In this document: piece by piece, positions 13,406-26,938 of the stretch
How positions within the stretch are numbered: the stretch's first letter is position 1
Layout: every line of letters begins with the position of its first letter
Source: Octopus vulgaris
Taxonomy: Eukaryota
NCBI GenBank assembly: GCA_951406725.2
Contig: OX597830.1
Location: forward strand, 18,104,001-18,168,000
Reading direction: 5' to 3'
DNA length: 64,000 nt
The notes under the pieces: model-generated
What the model was told of the DNA's origin: nothing
Databases searched by the model: none
Seen by the model: only the letters and a program-made list of their open reading frames with translations
Program-made: the position numbers and the translations under genes

Positions 13406-13562
13406 TAACGTCATCTTGACAGTCTTCAGTGCACGCGTGTGAGGGGTTGGAATCTTCTAGAAGGCCTGCGAAGGTTCCCTCATGCACATGCGCTAAAAGA
13501 CTGATGGAAAAAAGTTCTGTCGCGGTCCTTGCTTGTGTCGGAGACTCGGGACGCAGCCATTG
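13406..13562. promoter_or_regulatory. Candidate promoter/enhancer with heat-shock element
   Basis: gGAAt-cTTCt-aGAAg-gCCTg-cGAAg-gTTCc at 13449-13478 (five of six in-register nGAAn units); TAACGTCA (CRE-like) at 13406-13413; TGCACATGCGC (NRF1-like) at 13483-13493; GCAGCCATTG (YY1-like) at 13553-13562; CpG-retaining, non-repetitive context. Confidence 0.55.
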
Positions 13563-16500
13563 AACACTGTAGACGTTGTTTTGATTAACTCCAGATTTGC
13601 TGTGTGGTTGCTGACTGATCAAAATGTACATTTTACATATACCCGAATAAAGAGTTATATATATTGTTCGGATGGTTTTCTTGTTTCCTTACATCTACAT
13701 TTTTTAAAACAAAGAGGAAGAAATTCTACAGACTTATAACAAATTGTTATTATACAATATAAGAAAACTAGTCCTGCCTCAACAAATGCAAACTGCACTT
13801 GACAGTTAACAATCACAAGCATAATTGGTAGAGCCCACAAGCTGAACAACTGAGGCATGTGTTATATCCTATGAGCGCTTAGGTATTGATATAGACTCTG
13901 GTTATTAACAGTTAATCTTCGTTACTAAGTACTTTTCTCTTCCATTCGTTACTACTAACGTGTGCGTAAAATTACTTCAGAAAATCCATCCCACCCATGC
14001 CAGCATTGGAAAAGCAGACGTAAAGCAGGGTTTTTACGACTGGATGTGCTTCATGTCACCAACCCTCTTACTTCTTACACTGCAGGGGTGCAGTGTGCCT
14101 ATTCCTAGACTTCTTAGACGAGGACACACAAAATGTGTGTATGTGTGTGTAGCTTTCTCGCTTTTATATCATAGAACTTGTATGTGCTCTATCAACTCAC
14201 ACGTTGAGTCAGTGAGGTACCCTATATGAGGAACAGTTCAACGTGTTAGAAATGGTAACCAAATGTACCTTGACTCACGGGCTATCACTCACGTTGGGTG
14301 TTATCCTTTCATCTTTCACTTGTTTCACTCACAAGACTGTTGCCATGATGGGATACCGCCTCGAAGGGTTCACCCCCCATTGTGTAGCACTTCGGGCAAC
14401 TTACCCCGGTACTTAGTCTATCGGGGGTTTTTTTTTTTAGCCGAATTGTTAAGTTACGAGGATGTAAACAAATTAACACCGGTTGTTAAGCGGTGCGGGG
14501 ACACACACACACAATGGACTTGTACAGATTCCTTCTACTAATTTCACTCACAAGACAGAGCTTTAGTAGAAGACACTTACCCGAAGTAATGCGCAGTGGG
14601 ACTGAACCTGAAAACCACATGCAAAGCCAGCTTCGTCCTTGATCAGAAGTCAAATCGATCGGATTGACCTGGGTTGCTATTACTACTAATACTAACCTGT
14701 ATGTATGTAGTCGAGCGACCTCCTAGAAATAGCAGTCAAATCACCATCAAATCTCACTCTGCTGGCTTCGGAAAGAAAAGGGTACATTGGATTATGTGGT
14801 CTTCCATATTCCTTAAAAGAGATGATATTCATGGCTGGAATCCCTTTAACCACAGGTCTACTAAATCAGGGCTGACCTGCTCTCAACAACCACTACAACA
14901 CACACACACCTGGCTAAAAAAATTACTAGAGCAATATATATTTACTTGAACATTATCTGGTGTTAGAGAAGAAAACGTGTGAATATTTGAATGATGCATA
15001 TATGTAGAAAGAGAAGGAGGTGGTTTGGAGGCCAGGCGGAATAGATTTTTCAGTTTGTGAAACAGTTCATATTGTTATCGATTTTGACAGTCGATGAATG
15101 TGAAAGGTTTGTTGGTTTTTCTTCGCTTTTGTTCTCTTGTAACCCAGACAAGCCGTTAAACTGGCAGTCAAACTCAATTAAGCTGCAGACAGACACATTG
15201 TCCTCTTTTTACTCAGGTCTTAACTTGATGTGAGCTAAACGCTACATCGAATTGATGAATGTAGTGCTATGTGTATGTATACGGGTGGCAACTCCCGCTA
15301 TTTTCCCTTTCCGTGTATTCTAGAAAATAATAATAATAATATTAACAATAATGCGACCGAGATTAAAACTGCGCGCGAGTGTGTGTGTTCGATCTTGTGC
15401 GCGGGAATGTGTGTGTGTGTGTTCAATGGTTGGGTCAGTTCTGTTGATCAATTTTTGGTTTGCTTCTTCAACAACTTCATTACCATCATTATTGTCTTCG
15501 TAGTCGTCGTCTTATTATTCATGGCAGATTGATCGATCTGTTCGATTGATTGCATTACACAACTTTTTTACACACTCACACATACACGTGTGCGCTCTCT
15601 CCTTCTCTCTCTTTCATTGAATCTCCGGCATCCACCTCACACAGTTCTCTCTCTCTCTCTCTCCCCATATTCTATATCTTCCTATAGGTAATATCTACTA
15701 ACTGTAGTAGCACTGGTTGGTTGTAGTGAGGGTGTTATTGCTAATAGGCTTGTTGGTGGTTATAATGGTTTGTTACTGCTTAGTTAATGAGTTAATATTA
15801 TAAGATCGGCAATGTACAAACGAAACATTGCCAGATCTAGTAAATCTATGATTAAAAGACATCACAAATATGACTATCTTGTTTTTTTTTTCCAACCATA
15901 CAGTATCTAAGACTATTCATGGCTATGATTTTATGGAGATTTGGCTGCTATTTCTGCTAGGCTGTGATCAACAACCTGTGACCCATCGTTGTTATTTAGC
16001 CTCAGGTGTGCCTTGACCGACCACAATTTCTTTGGCTCAAACCGAAGAACCTTTAAAATTTAGGTATCAAACTAGGATAACTTTCAAATGAATAAAGGGG
16101 TGGATTTCAAATTAAAGGTACAGATATTTGTATATAACAAAAAAAAAAACCTTTTATAATCGACTTAGCAGATGCACACCATTTTAAAGTGTGTTATTTA
16201 AGATTTTATGAAATTATACGATTAATTTCATCGAAAATTTCAATTTCATCTTGAAAACCTTTTGTGTGCATATTTTTTTGCTTTTATGCGTTTAATGGTA
16301 AGATGTGTTCACGTATACAGCTTTGAGAGAATATTGTTGACTATACCATGTGAAGAAGCCGTTACATAGACACAAGCTTTCAGATTTATAAGATTGATAG
16401 GGAGGTGAACGCGATTATACATACATCCATCTACAGGTTCTCTTTCTCTCTCTCGCTCCCCCTCTCTCCTTCCTCTTTCTCTCTCTCTCTCTCTCTGTGG

Positions 16501-17063
16501 TATCAGAGTGGTTGTTCCTCGCCTGGATGTCTATGTACTTTTCAAAGAAATATGGAAGCAACATGACCGGATTGCTTTTGATCACAGGTTTGCTCGGCTA
16601 GGCCAACTACAAGCAGATTTTTGCGCATACTCTCGGCAAATATATATTAGACGGAGGCACTAGTGTTCAGTTCAACTATTTCACTGCATCTATCATTCTT
16701 TGACTATTATTAGATATGCTACGCAATGAAGTACTCTTTCTTGCAATGTCTAACTTACAACCTTCGTTGTGACAATAGCCGACTTGTGCTGTCTTCCTTG
16801 CAGGTGGAACCAATTCGTACCAAAATCTTCTACGGCTTCAATATTATGCTTGTCAGTAATAAAATGTATCTTATACCAAAAATCATCAAGTGGTGTTGCG
16901 CAGATTGGAAGTAAATTCTCACCTGGATAAGATGCTACTCTATTACAATACACCTATAAAATCTCACACCTATTTATAACAACTATTCCAGGCCAATCTG
17001 ACTGAGCAAATCAAAAACATTCCCTTCCATTTTTCTTCTAGATAGTGTATCAAGGACCACACT

Positions 17064-17475
17064 GGGATCTTTTCTGTTTGAACGGCAATTTTTTCTAGCG
17101 GTGTCATATGAAATTGTCACCCATAATTATGACCCTAGTGTCGATCTATTGCATTTCAATCTGTTTTAGGGTTAGGGGTGGGAGAAGGGTATCTTTTTTG
17201 TCTTCACAAATGTAAATAAACCCAATCTGTTTCTTAAACGAGGGACATATTCATACGGCACAGAATGTTTTCACCTCAATGGACGTCATTGATTGGTTGA
17301 AATTGCAGAAATTGAAGAAGAAAAACAACAAATATCTTACAAGCTATAGAATTTTCTCAATAAAGCCAAGAGAAAAAGATGTTTTATAAACACATTCTAC
17401 CAGTATACGAAGTTTAAAATTTTTTAGTTACCTAGAAATTATGTTAAAAACTGCCGTTCAAACCGAAAAGATCCC
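17064..17475. mobile_element. MITE with 24-bp TIRs and 6-bp TSD
   Basis: GGGATCTTTTCTGTTTGAACGGCA / TGCCGTTCAAACCGAAAAGATCCC; TSD CACACT at 17058-17063 and 17476-17481. Confidence 0.9.
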
Positions 17476-18325
17476 CACACTGTTTACTGTGCACCTTTTT
17501 TAAAGCAGTAATGAAGGCAATTCGACTGCTCTTTCTAGTAGGGCAGTTGATTAGATAAGAGCTTTCTCATTGTAATCATTAAGATGGTTGTTTGTCTTGT
17601 GATAAATGTAGTTGTTCTTGTTGTATTGTGAAGCCCTTTGATCCGTTCTGATTGAGCAGATCTATCATGAATGCCTAGTCATGACCACCCGTTCTTTTTA
17701 AGGTTCCCTGGGGCTACATCATTCTATATATCCTTTATTGAAGATGCTTTGTTGTGATTTAAGGGAGATTTCTCTATCAGTTGTATGTTCATACGATTAA
17801 GAAGTTTGCCTTGCAATTGTGGTATTCTGGGTTTGGTCCTACAACACAGAACCTTCTTCAAGTTTTTTCCTCTTTAACCTTGGGTTGGTCAAAACCTTGA
17901 AGTAAAATTATGGGAACTACAAAAGCCCACATTACACACACACACTCATATGAATGGGTGTGTGGTAGAATCAGCAGAGTGTTGTACAGGATACTTCATG
18001 ACAGTTAGAACCCTTTATATTCTGAATTTAAATTCTGCTTGGGTCACCTTTGTGTTTCCTCTTCTCAAGTTAATGTAGTTATTGGAGAAAGTACTGTGGG
18101 ATGGTGGGAGGGAAGTCACTGTGATTGATTAAACTTTTTGTTTTTTCCTCAGCATGATTGCAGTCCAATAATTGAAACCAATAAAAAGAATAAAACATGT
18201 TCCATGAAATTGTGTTCCATTGTGGCTTGAAATATTGGTTTCAAATTTTGGCTCAAGGCCAGCAACTTCAAGGGAAGGGGTAAATCAATTACATTGATCC
18301 TAACACTTAACTGGTACTTACCAAA

Positions 18326-18556
18326 GGCGGCCAGCTGGCGGAAACGTTAACACGCCAGGCGAAATGCGTAGCCGTATTTCGTCTGCCGCTACGTTCTAAG
18401 TTCAAATTCCGCCGAGGTCGACATTGCCTTTCATCCTTTCGGGGTCGATTAAGTAAGTACCAGTTACGCACTGGGGTCGATATAATCGACTTAATCCGTT
18501 TGTCTGTCCTTGTTTGTCCCCTCTATGTTTAGCCCCTTGTGGGTAGTAAAGAAATA
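18326..18556 (+). mobile_element. SINE family B (Nin/Deu-like central domain) nested in an antisense copy of the same family
   Basis: ggcggccagctggcggaaacgtt...gttcaaattccgccgaggtcgac..gcctttcatcctttcggggtcgat..gtaccag; TSD ggtactta at 18313-18320 and 18557-18564. Confidence 0.85.
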
Positions 18557-19770
18557 GGTACTTATTTTACCAATTTTGAAAGGATGAAAGGTAAAGCCGA
18601 CCTCAGCAGAATTTGAATTTTGAATGTAAAGATGGACGAAATGCCACTTAGCATTTTGCCCAGTGTTCTAACGATTCTGCCGGCTTACCACCTTAATTTG
18701 TGGCTTGAAATATTGGTAATACTAAGGATGAGGCAGAATTGGTGTATTGCAAAGAAACTGCTTTGCAGTATATAGTTATGGGTTTTAACATTTGTGGTCA
18801 AATTCTACTGAGGCTAATAAAATAAAGTGCCAGGGTCAATTTATTCAGCATTGCCATTACTCCCGAATTAGAGGCCTTGTACATACGTCATAAATCAATA
18901 TTAAGCTCGTTAATATGATCTGTACAGTTGTATTTAACGAAGTGTAAAGGCTGCTTCTGAATCACATCCACCTACGCAGACACCCACCTCTAATGGCTCT
19001 ATCTAATCATTATTGTTTTTTTTTTTTGCATTTTTGTTTAATATTGATATCTCAGTAGTATTTGTTTTGTATTACATACAGAAATAGATTCTATATCTTT
19101 GTGTTCCTGTGTGTGTATTTCTGTTTGTTTCTTTGTGGAAACTACATATGTCAGCAAGGATTCTAAAAATAGTTGGCTTTCGATAATTTATTTATTGACT
19201 TAGTTGCTTTCTCTTTTGTTTTATATTTACTGGAAGGCGAAAGTTTCTTTGGATTCGTAGATACAAACATGTTTTGTAAACAAAGTTTATTTAAAGGTTT
19301 AGGAGACAGGATTTCTAATTTGTCATTTACTCTTAGTGTTGTTGTTGCTGTCATTTGAAACTGGATTCTTCAATTTAATTATGCCACATTCCTTCCAATA
19401 AATAAAGTTGATTTCATTCCACTGGTAGCTCCCGTGTCATAAAATAGCTAAACTACATTGCAGAGACTAGCCTTCCTCTTCAGGACTGGGAAATATTTAA
19501 GCACGGGTGTGTTTCTGACCTCTGCAAAAGCTCCTGTGAAACCCACAAAGGAATACCACTTCTATGTCACTACTGTTGATATTCTTATGTGCTAATAGGT
19601 GCAAGGAGTGACTGTGTGGTTAAGATGTTTGCTTCCCATTTGTCATGGTTCCATGTCCAAACCCCCCATCCCACCCACCTGTATGGCAACTTGATCAAGT
19701 ATTTTCTGCTATAGCCCTGAGCCATCAAAAGCCTTTGCAAGTAGATTTGGTTGATGAAAATTATATGAAG

Positions 19771-19808
<38 letters not shown>

Positions 19809-20268
19809 CAAAACTGAAATTCTTTTTCCCCAAGATCTTAGACCCCCCCTTGGAGTAATCATTCTGTCCAGCAGAGCAAAAAAAATTTTTTTCTTCTTCC
19901 CTCTCCCTTCCCCTCTTTTTCTTTAGCACTTCTTCCAAATACAAAAATACACACACACATGCTCTCTCTCTCACTTTCTCCTCATCCATCACCCTCTTGT
20001 ACTTATATTCCTCCCCACCACTACAAACTCAATAACACTATAAAATGGTCAAAACGTTTCACACAGGAACTTAGTTCGATTTGAAAGCCCCACTAGAATG
20101 AGAGAAAGTGCTAATACATGCTCTAAGTTATATGATGTATAAAAACATGTAATATACAAATAAATATCTGTAAATATAAAACCATCTGAATTTCTGAATA
20201 CCTCATTTCTTCTAATATAAAATACCTGTACATCATCTCCAAACCTTCCAATACACACACATACACAT

Positions 20269-20335
<67 letters not shown>

Positions 20336-21651
20336 CATATTTGTATTATTTATTCACCATTACACATGTTTCATTTGCTTATAGGAATTACAAAGTTTTA
20401 CATGTTAGATAGACATGTAAGGAATTTATATATATTTGTTTATATGTATGCCTGTGCATATGTATGTTTGTGTCTCTTTGTTTTGACATAGTAATAGTTG
20501 TAAATGAATGTCACTGTCATACAAGCAACATCATTCATTCCCTATGTCCAGCCATAGGGAAATATTATTTTGCTTAGCAACATGTAGAGCATCCAACCAC
20601 AGAAAATATATCCCTATCAATTCCATCCAACCCATTAAAATAACGATGACTTGAGACTGAATCCAAAACGAAAACCATCTGACTAATTGGTAAAAACCCA
20701 CTAACACACCACATTCTCTTGTCTACAGGTAATGTCTCTTATTTCTACAAATTTCATTACTACTAAAATGTCCTCATTTTTGATCTTGCTTGTTGTATAG
20801 CACACAACATGCTTATTACTCATCCTCACATCACTCCTATGCTTCATCCACCCCCACCCCCTCTTCCAAGCCACTGTATCTAATCTTTCTTCCTCGGCAT
20901 GCCAACCTGCTGGAATTCTCTTCTTGTTTATGCTTTTCCCTGCACGCATCAACTTTGCACTTGTTCTCACTGTACATAAGTTAGTTTGATCTCACTAGTT
21001 GTAAAGGCAGGTGGGGTAACATTTGAAGTCATGGCATTTCTCTGGCTGAAACGATGAAAAAAAAATCCCTATTATCTTCAGTTAGGGGTCACGTACAATA
21101 AAAGCATTCAAACACAGCATTGCTGCAGGTATTAAAAAATATGTGTAAGGGAACTAAAATCCCCGCCACCCCAGTTCTAATATTTCTGCCCCCTTTTTGT
21201 CGTACAGTCTTTATATCTGTACCAATGCAGTTTCAGTGTAAACATGTCTGAATAAAAATATTTTTTTTAACGGTGGAGGTCTGCTAGAATTTGAAAGTAT
21301 TCTGAGTTGGAAGTGACAATCGTCGTAGCTAATTGAATTTCTATAGAATATTGGTTAATCTAATTTCCTATAGAAATATTTGTAGGCTTCAAGTCATCCT
21401 ATACTTTGTGATTGAAATCATGTTGACAGAAACTGTAAAGAAACTTGTCAGATGGATCGTTCTTGTAATTCAAAGGTATGGCCTTGTCACAAGCTGGCTG
21501 GGCAATCTGTGGATTGCTCAACCACTTACGTGCTAATTTAAGTGAGCAGGAAATTTAGCTCATTGAACTGCTGAATGTTCAGCTTTGAAACCAATGGCAA
21601 TCAACATACAATCTTACCTGGACATGATCAACCACCTTTGCTCTGTGTGTA

Positions 21652-21682
<31 letters not shown>

Positions 21683-24600
21683 TAGAGGGAGAGAGAGAGA
21701 GAGAGACGAGTGTTATTTGATGCTTGTAAATATTATTGAGAGTGTGAGAACAAATTAAATATTTTGTATTCTCCTCCACCCCACTTTAAAATTAATTCCT
21801 TTCAGGTCACCACACCCACATCTCTCTCTCTCTCTCTCTCACTCACTCTTGTTCAAAACATTGATTTTACAAGTCAATAACAGAGTCTTTATGTGGTCAC
21901 ACAACCTGCAAGAAACAGCAACCAAATCTCTCTTAAATCACACCCTTTTGTCTTAAATAAGAAAAAGACACATTATTTAACATAGTCCCACACATTATAT
22001 GACATAGTCTGACCAGAATACCTTTGAGCATAGGTTTGGTCAGTCAAAACTGAGCTGGAACTAAGCAACAACTTACATTTACACAAGCAATAATTGCTTC
22101 AGTCTCTTCTTCCAAGCAGCTAACAAAAACACATAAAATTACTGCCCCACTTACTGCTTACTTAATAGAATCAGTTGTTAATTTTCCCTCCAGCAGTTAC
22201 AAATTCTAGTGATTGAAGTCCTACCTACAGTGAAAATCATTATATGGATATGTTTCTTTTTACCTTTTTGATTTTTACTTTATTATTCCTTTTTTTTAAT
22301 ATTTATTTATCTTTAGCATATTCTCTGTAGGATTACTGTCCACAGACTTATCATGTTAGCTTTTAATTGAAATAAGCATGGTGGTAGAATGATTTTTGAG
22401 CTAGTCCAAAAGAATTTCAGTAATAGATCATTACTATGGACAAACATGATTTATTATTTTAGACTGCCAATATTTACTTGTGCTCAATTAGGTTTTCAAT
22501 TTGAAAATCATGCTAAAGTTGATTTTGGTTTTAATCCTTTTACAGGACTGATAGAATAGATGGTGCATAGATGATGCATACATTAAAATGCTTAGGGTTA
22601 TCATCATCATCATCATCATCATTATTATTTAATGTCTGCTTTCCATGCTGGCATTGGTTGGACAGTTTGACTGAGGACTGGCAGGCCACAAGGCTGCACC
22701 AGGTTCCAATCTGATCTAGCAAGGTTTGTACAACTAGATGCCCTTCCTAATGCCAACCACTCCGAGAGTGCAGTGGGTGCTTTTTACGTGCCACCAGCAT
22801 GGAGGCCAGTCAGATGGTACTGGCATCGACCACACTCAGATGGTGCTTTTTTCAAGCCACAGAAGTTAATTATTAGAATCAACAATTCAAATATACTCTC
22901 CTCACAAATTTATGGCCCTGTGCCCATGTTAGAAAATATTGTAATATTTATAAAATCACATGACATCTATCGATATTAAGTACCAGTCTTGTATTGAGAT
23001 TGATCTAATCAGTTATATCTTTTATCAATGGGCAATCATAATCCATCGTTATTATTACTAGTTCAAAGACATTGAGCAGGCAGAATTGTTAGCATGCAGG
23101 ACAAAATACTTAGTTGCATTTCATCCACCTTTATGTTCTGAGTTCAAGTTCTGCCGAGGTTGACTTTGCCTTTCATCTTTTCAAGGTTGATGAAATATGA
23201 GTACCAGTTGAGCACTGGAGTCGATGTAATCAACCTGCCCCTTCCTCAAAAATGTCAGGCCTTGTGCCTATAGTAGAAAGAATTGTCATTGCTAGTTCAA
23301 AGGCAACAAGCTGGCAGAATCTTTTGTACATCAGACAAAATGCTTAGTGGTATTTCTTCCAGCTCTTTATGTTCTGAGTTCAACACGTGGGTGTGTGTGT
23401 GTGTGTGTGTGTACCATGTGCTGTGTTAAAACAACACCAAAAATGAAACTTGTATACACTTGCATTGGCTCTTCATATAACTTAGTGTAGCTGATAAATT
23501 GTTAATGAATGGTTCAAAAATACAATTAATCTAATTATCACATTAACCAATTTATATGCTTACCATTCAGCCAATCAGAATATTTCCCTCCAAAATATCA
23601 ACATTGCTCTCCAAAATATCGACATTGCCCTTTAGAAGTTCTACGAGCGCCCTTATTTTTCTTTATTTGCTTGTTTAATTGTTTGCTTATTGATTTATTC
23701 TTTTTTTTTTTTTTTTACTTGTTTGGAATGGGATAATTATTTGATGGTAAAACATCTCTCAGAGATTTTGTATTTCTACAGCTTTTCGTGTATATTTATA
23801 TTATTACCACCCAACAAGCAGTTGAGGTTATTTTATTCTATTTATAATGATCTTCAATCGATTGCAACATCTCACAATTGTTTGTGTGTAGATAAACAAT
23901 GGTACATTTCCAAAACACAGAAAAACATTCACTTATATTTAGGAAGCAGTCTTTTGCGTTACCCTCTCTCCTCTTGGACAACAACCAACTGAAACCTCGT
24001 AGGAAATAACAAAAAAAAACTTTTTCATAGAGATGAAAATATCAATGGCTCATTTGTAATTTTTTCTTGCAGAAGATAAAGCTCTTCTGATCTTGTATTG
24101 GATTGCCCATCATCATACAGATGTGAAATTTATTCAAATTTCGAAAATGATAAACAAAAGTTGTTGAGGAAGAAAATACTATAAAATACTATGATTAAAA
24201 TATTTTTTGTGTTAATTCAATTAATGCTGGAAGGGGTACATGCTAAAAAAAAAAATGAACAAATTTGTAGGTGCAAGCATGGCCTTGTGGTAAGAAGTTT
24301 TCTTCCTAACCACACAATTCCAGGTTCAGTCCCACTGGTAGCACCTTTGGCAAGTGCTTTCTACTATGGCCTCAGGCTGGCAAGAGCCTGATGAAAACTG
24401 AAAGAAGCCCGTTGTATGTGTGTGTGTGTGTGTGTTTGTCCCCCACCACTGCTTGACAACTGGTGTTGGTGTATTTACATCCCTGTAACGTAGCAGTTCA
24501 ACATAGAGACAGATAGAATAAGTACCAGGCTTGGGAAAAAGAAAATATGTACTGGGGTTGATTAGTTCGACTAAAATTCCTCAAGGCAGTGCTCCAGCAT

Positions 24601-25887
24601 GGCCACAGTCTAATGACTGAAACAAGTAAAAGGTAAAAGATAAATATATCTGACAACCCAATAGAACAATGCAATAATTCACTGCACTGTTCTTGGTTTG
24701 TGAGTAGAGGTTAAAAACAGAACCAAATTTAACAGATCTTAATTTACGAAATCAAACAAGGCAAAGTTTTGATAAAAGTATTTCTAAAAATGTGCACAAG
24801 TTGATTGCATAATTTGTGTTGTAGAAATAGGATACCAGGCAGCATACTTATGGCTGTTGATGAAGTGCTTAAGAGCGAATTAGAGCCAAACATGAATTTT
24901 ACTTCTGTTTAAATAGCCAAAAATGACTCATCGACTACTAATTTCTAATTGTTTGAAATTTTTGATAGGCTAAAATAGTAACATATGACTAAAATGGTAA
25001 CATGGTGAAGTTGAAATGTCACCTGCAAGAAATCACTGCTTATGCTAGGATGTATAATCTTTTATATCCTTCATTGTTATCCCACATGCATAACTAAAAA
25101 ATTGTATCCCAAAGACTGCCTTTCTTCTTCAGCTTTGATCATTTAACTCCTTAGCATTCAGATTATCCTGTCAAATGTAATGTTTATTTATTCATATTCA
25201 TTTGAATTAGTCATGCATTATCTTGCAGCTTTGCAGACTTCAATAATGTGATTGTTATTTTTAGAATAATATTATAAGGTACATGTGAGAGACCAGATCT
25301 AGCCAGTTTGAACATAAAACTGGTAGAATATTTAGGGTGGATAAGGCCAGTTTAATGCTAAAGTTGTTTTTTTATTTAATTGATAAGAAAAAAAAATTTA
25401 TAGGGGCAGGCAAGGCTGTATGGTAAGAAGTTTGCTTTCCAACCACTTGGTTCCAGGTTCAGTCCCACTGTGTGTCACCTTGGGCAGGTGTCTTCTACTA
25501 TAGCCTTGAGCCAACCAAAACCTTGTGAGTGGATTTGGAAAACAAAAACTGAAAGAATCCTGTCATGTGTGTGTGTGTGTCTTTGTGTTTGTTCCCCTGT
25601 CACTACTTGACAACCAGTGTTGGTGTGTTTATGTCCCCATAACTTAGTGGTTCGGCAAAAGAGATTGGTAGAATAAGTACTAGGCCTACAAAGAATACAT
25701 CCTGGGGTCAATTTGTTCAACTCAAAAGGTAGTGCTCCAACATGGCTGCAGTCAAATGACTGGAGCAACTAAAAGAATTATGATTATACAACACCTGACA
25801 ATCTCCTCTTAGAGTTATTGCAAGGTTGGGAGTGTGACCTCAACAAGAGCAATGAGTTCTTTGATTTTTCTATGGTGTTGACACAAA

Positions 25888-26435
25888 TCATCATCATCAT
25901 CATTTAGCGTCCGTTTTCCATGCTAGCATGGGTTGGACGGTTCAACTGGGGTCTGGGGAGCCCGAAGGCTGCACCAGGCCAGTCAGATCTGGCAGTGTTT
26001 CTACAGCTGGATGCCCTTCCTAACGCCAACCACTCCGAGAGTGTAGTGGGTGATTTTATGTGCCACCGACACAGGTGCCAGACGAGGCTGGCGAACGGCC
26101 ACGCTCGGATGGTGTTTTTATGTGCCACCGACACAGGTGCCAGACGAGGCTGGCAGACGGCCACGCTCGGATGGTGTTTTTATGTGCCACCGACACAGGT
26201 GCCAGATGAGGCTGGCGGACGGCCACGATCGGATGGTGTTTGTTACGTCCCCAAAGCACGGAGGCCAGTCTATGCGGTACTGGCTACGGCCACGTTCGGA
26301 TGGTTTTCTTGTGTGCCACCAGCACTGGTACCACAAAGATACAAATTCCATTGATGTTCATCTATTTTGATTTGGTTTGATTTTCACTTGCCTCAACAGG
26401 TCTTCACAAGTGTCACAAGAAGGAAGGTATGCACA
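25888..26435 (-). mobile_element. RTE-family 3' UTR copy with (GAT)n tail and internal 62-bp tandem repeat
   Basis: (CAT)n + ctggatgcccttcctaacgccaaccac shared with 6217-6370, 22600-22850, 53390-53713 and 60700-60995. Confidence 0.75.
26049..26234. repeat. GC-rich 62-bp tandem repeat, three near-identical copies
   Basis: Unit ggtgtttttatgtgccaccgacacaggtgccagacgaggctggcgaacggccacgctcggat starting at 26049, 26111 and 26173. Confidence 0.9.
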
Positions 26436-26893
26436 GTACAACTAATTCCATCACCTGGAATATTACCAAACTGTGTCACCTGGAATATTACCAAAAAATT
26501 TACAATTTATCATCTACTTTGATGCACCATTCATTGCACAAATAAATCAAATGTGGTGGGGAAGAAAAGATAATTATCATATAACAACAGACCACTAATA
26601 AAATATTAAACATTTTTTATGAGAAGTAGTACACATTCGTTAGCCAGTCTACAAAACTAGTTAAAATCATGGAACAATATTGAACAATTTTGTTTTTTAA
26701 TCTTTGTTCTCTAGGTTTTCTTTTCAATAATTAATTATCTGATTAAATGTCTAAATGTCTGAGATGAGTGGTTGTTTGTCTGAAAAATTATCAATTTATT
26801 AGTAATTTCATCTTTGGAGATGAAAATTGATTATATATGAGTGTGTGTTTGTGTGTGTACATGCATGTGCATATATGTATATATGTGGGTACA

Positions 26894-26938
<45 letters not shown>

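Noticed and set aside
13482-13560. Minus-strand ATG GCT GCG short ORF (MAASRVSD...)
   Set aside because: Stops after 26 codons with no donor; better explained as a YY1-like motif in regulatory DNA.
19163-19354. 63-aa basic minus-strand ORF
   Set aside because: No recognisable homology or splice support; AT-rich composition explains the Lys/Asn bias.
25904-26370. Overlapping repetitive ORFs / CRISPR-like periodicity
   Set aside because: Head-to-tail 62-bp tandem units inside an RTE 3' UTR with no unique spacers.
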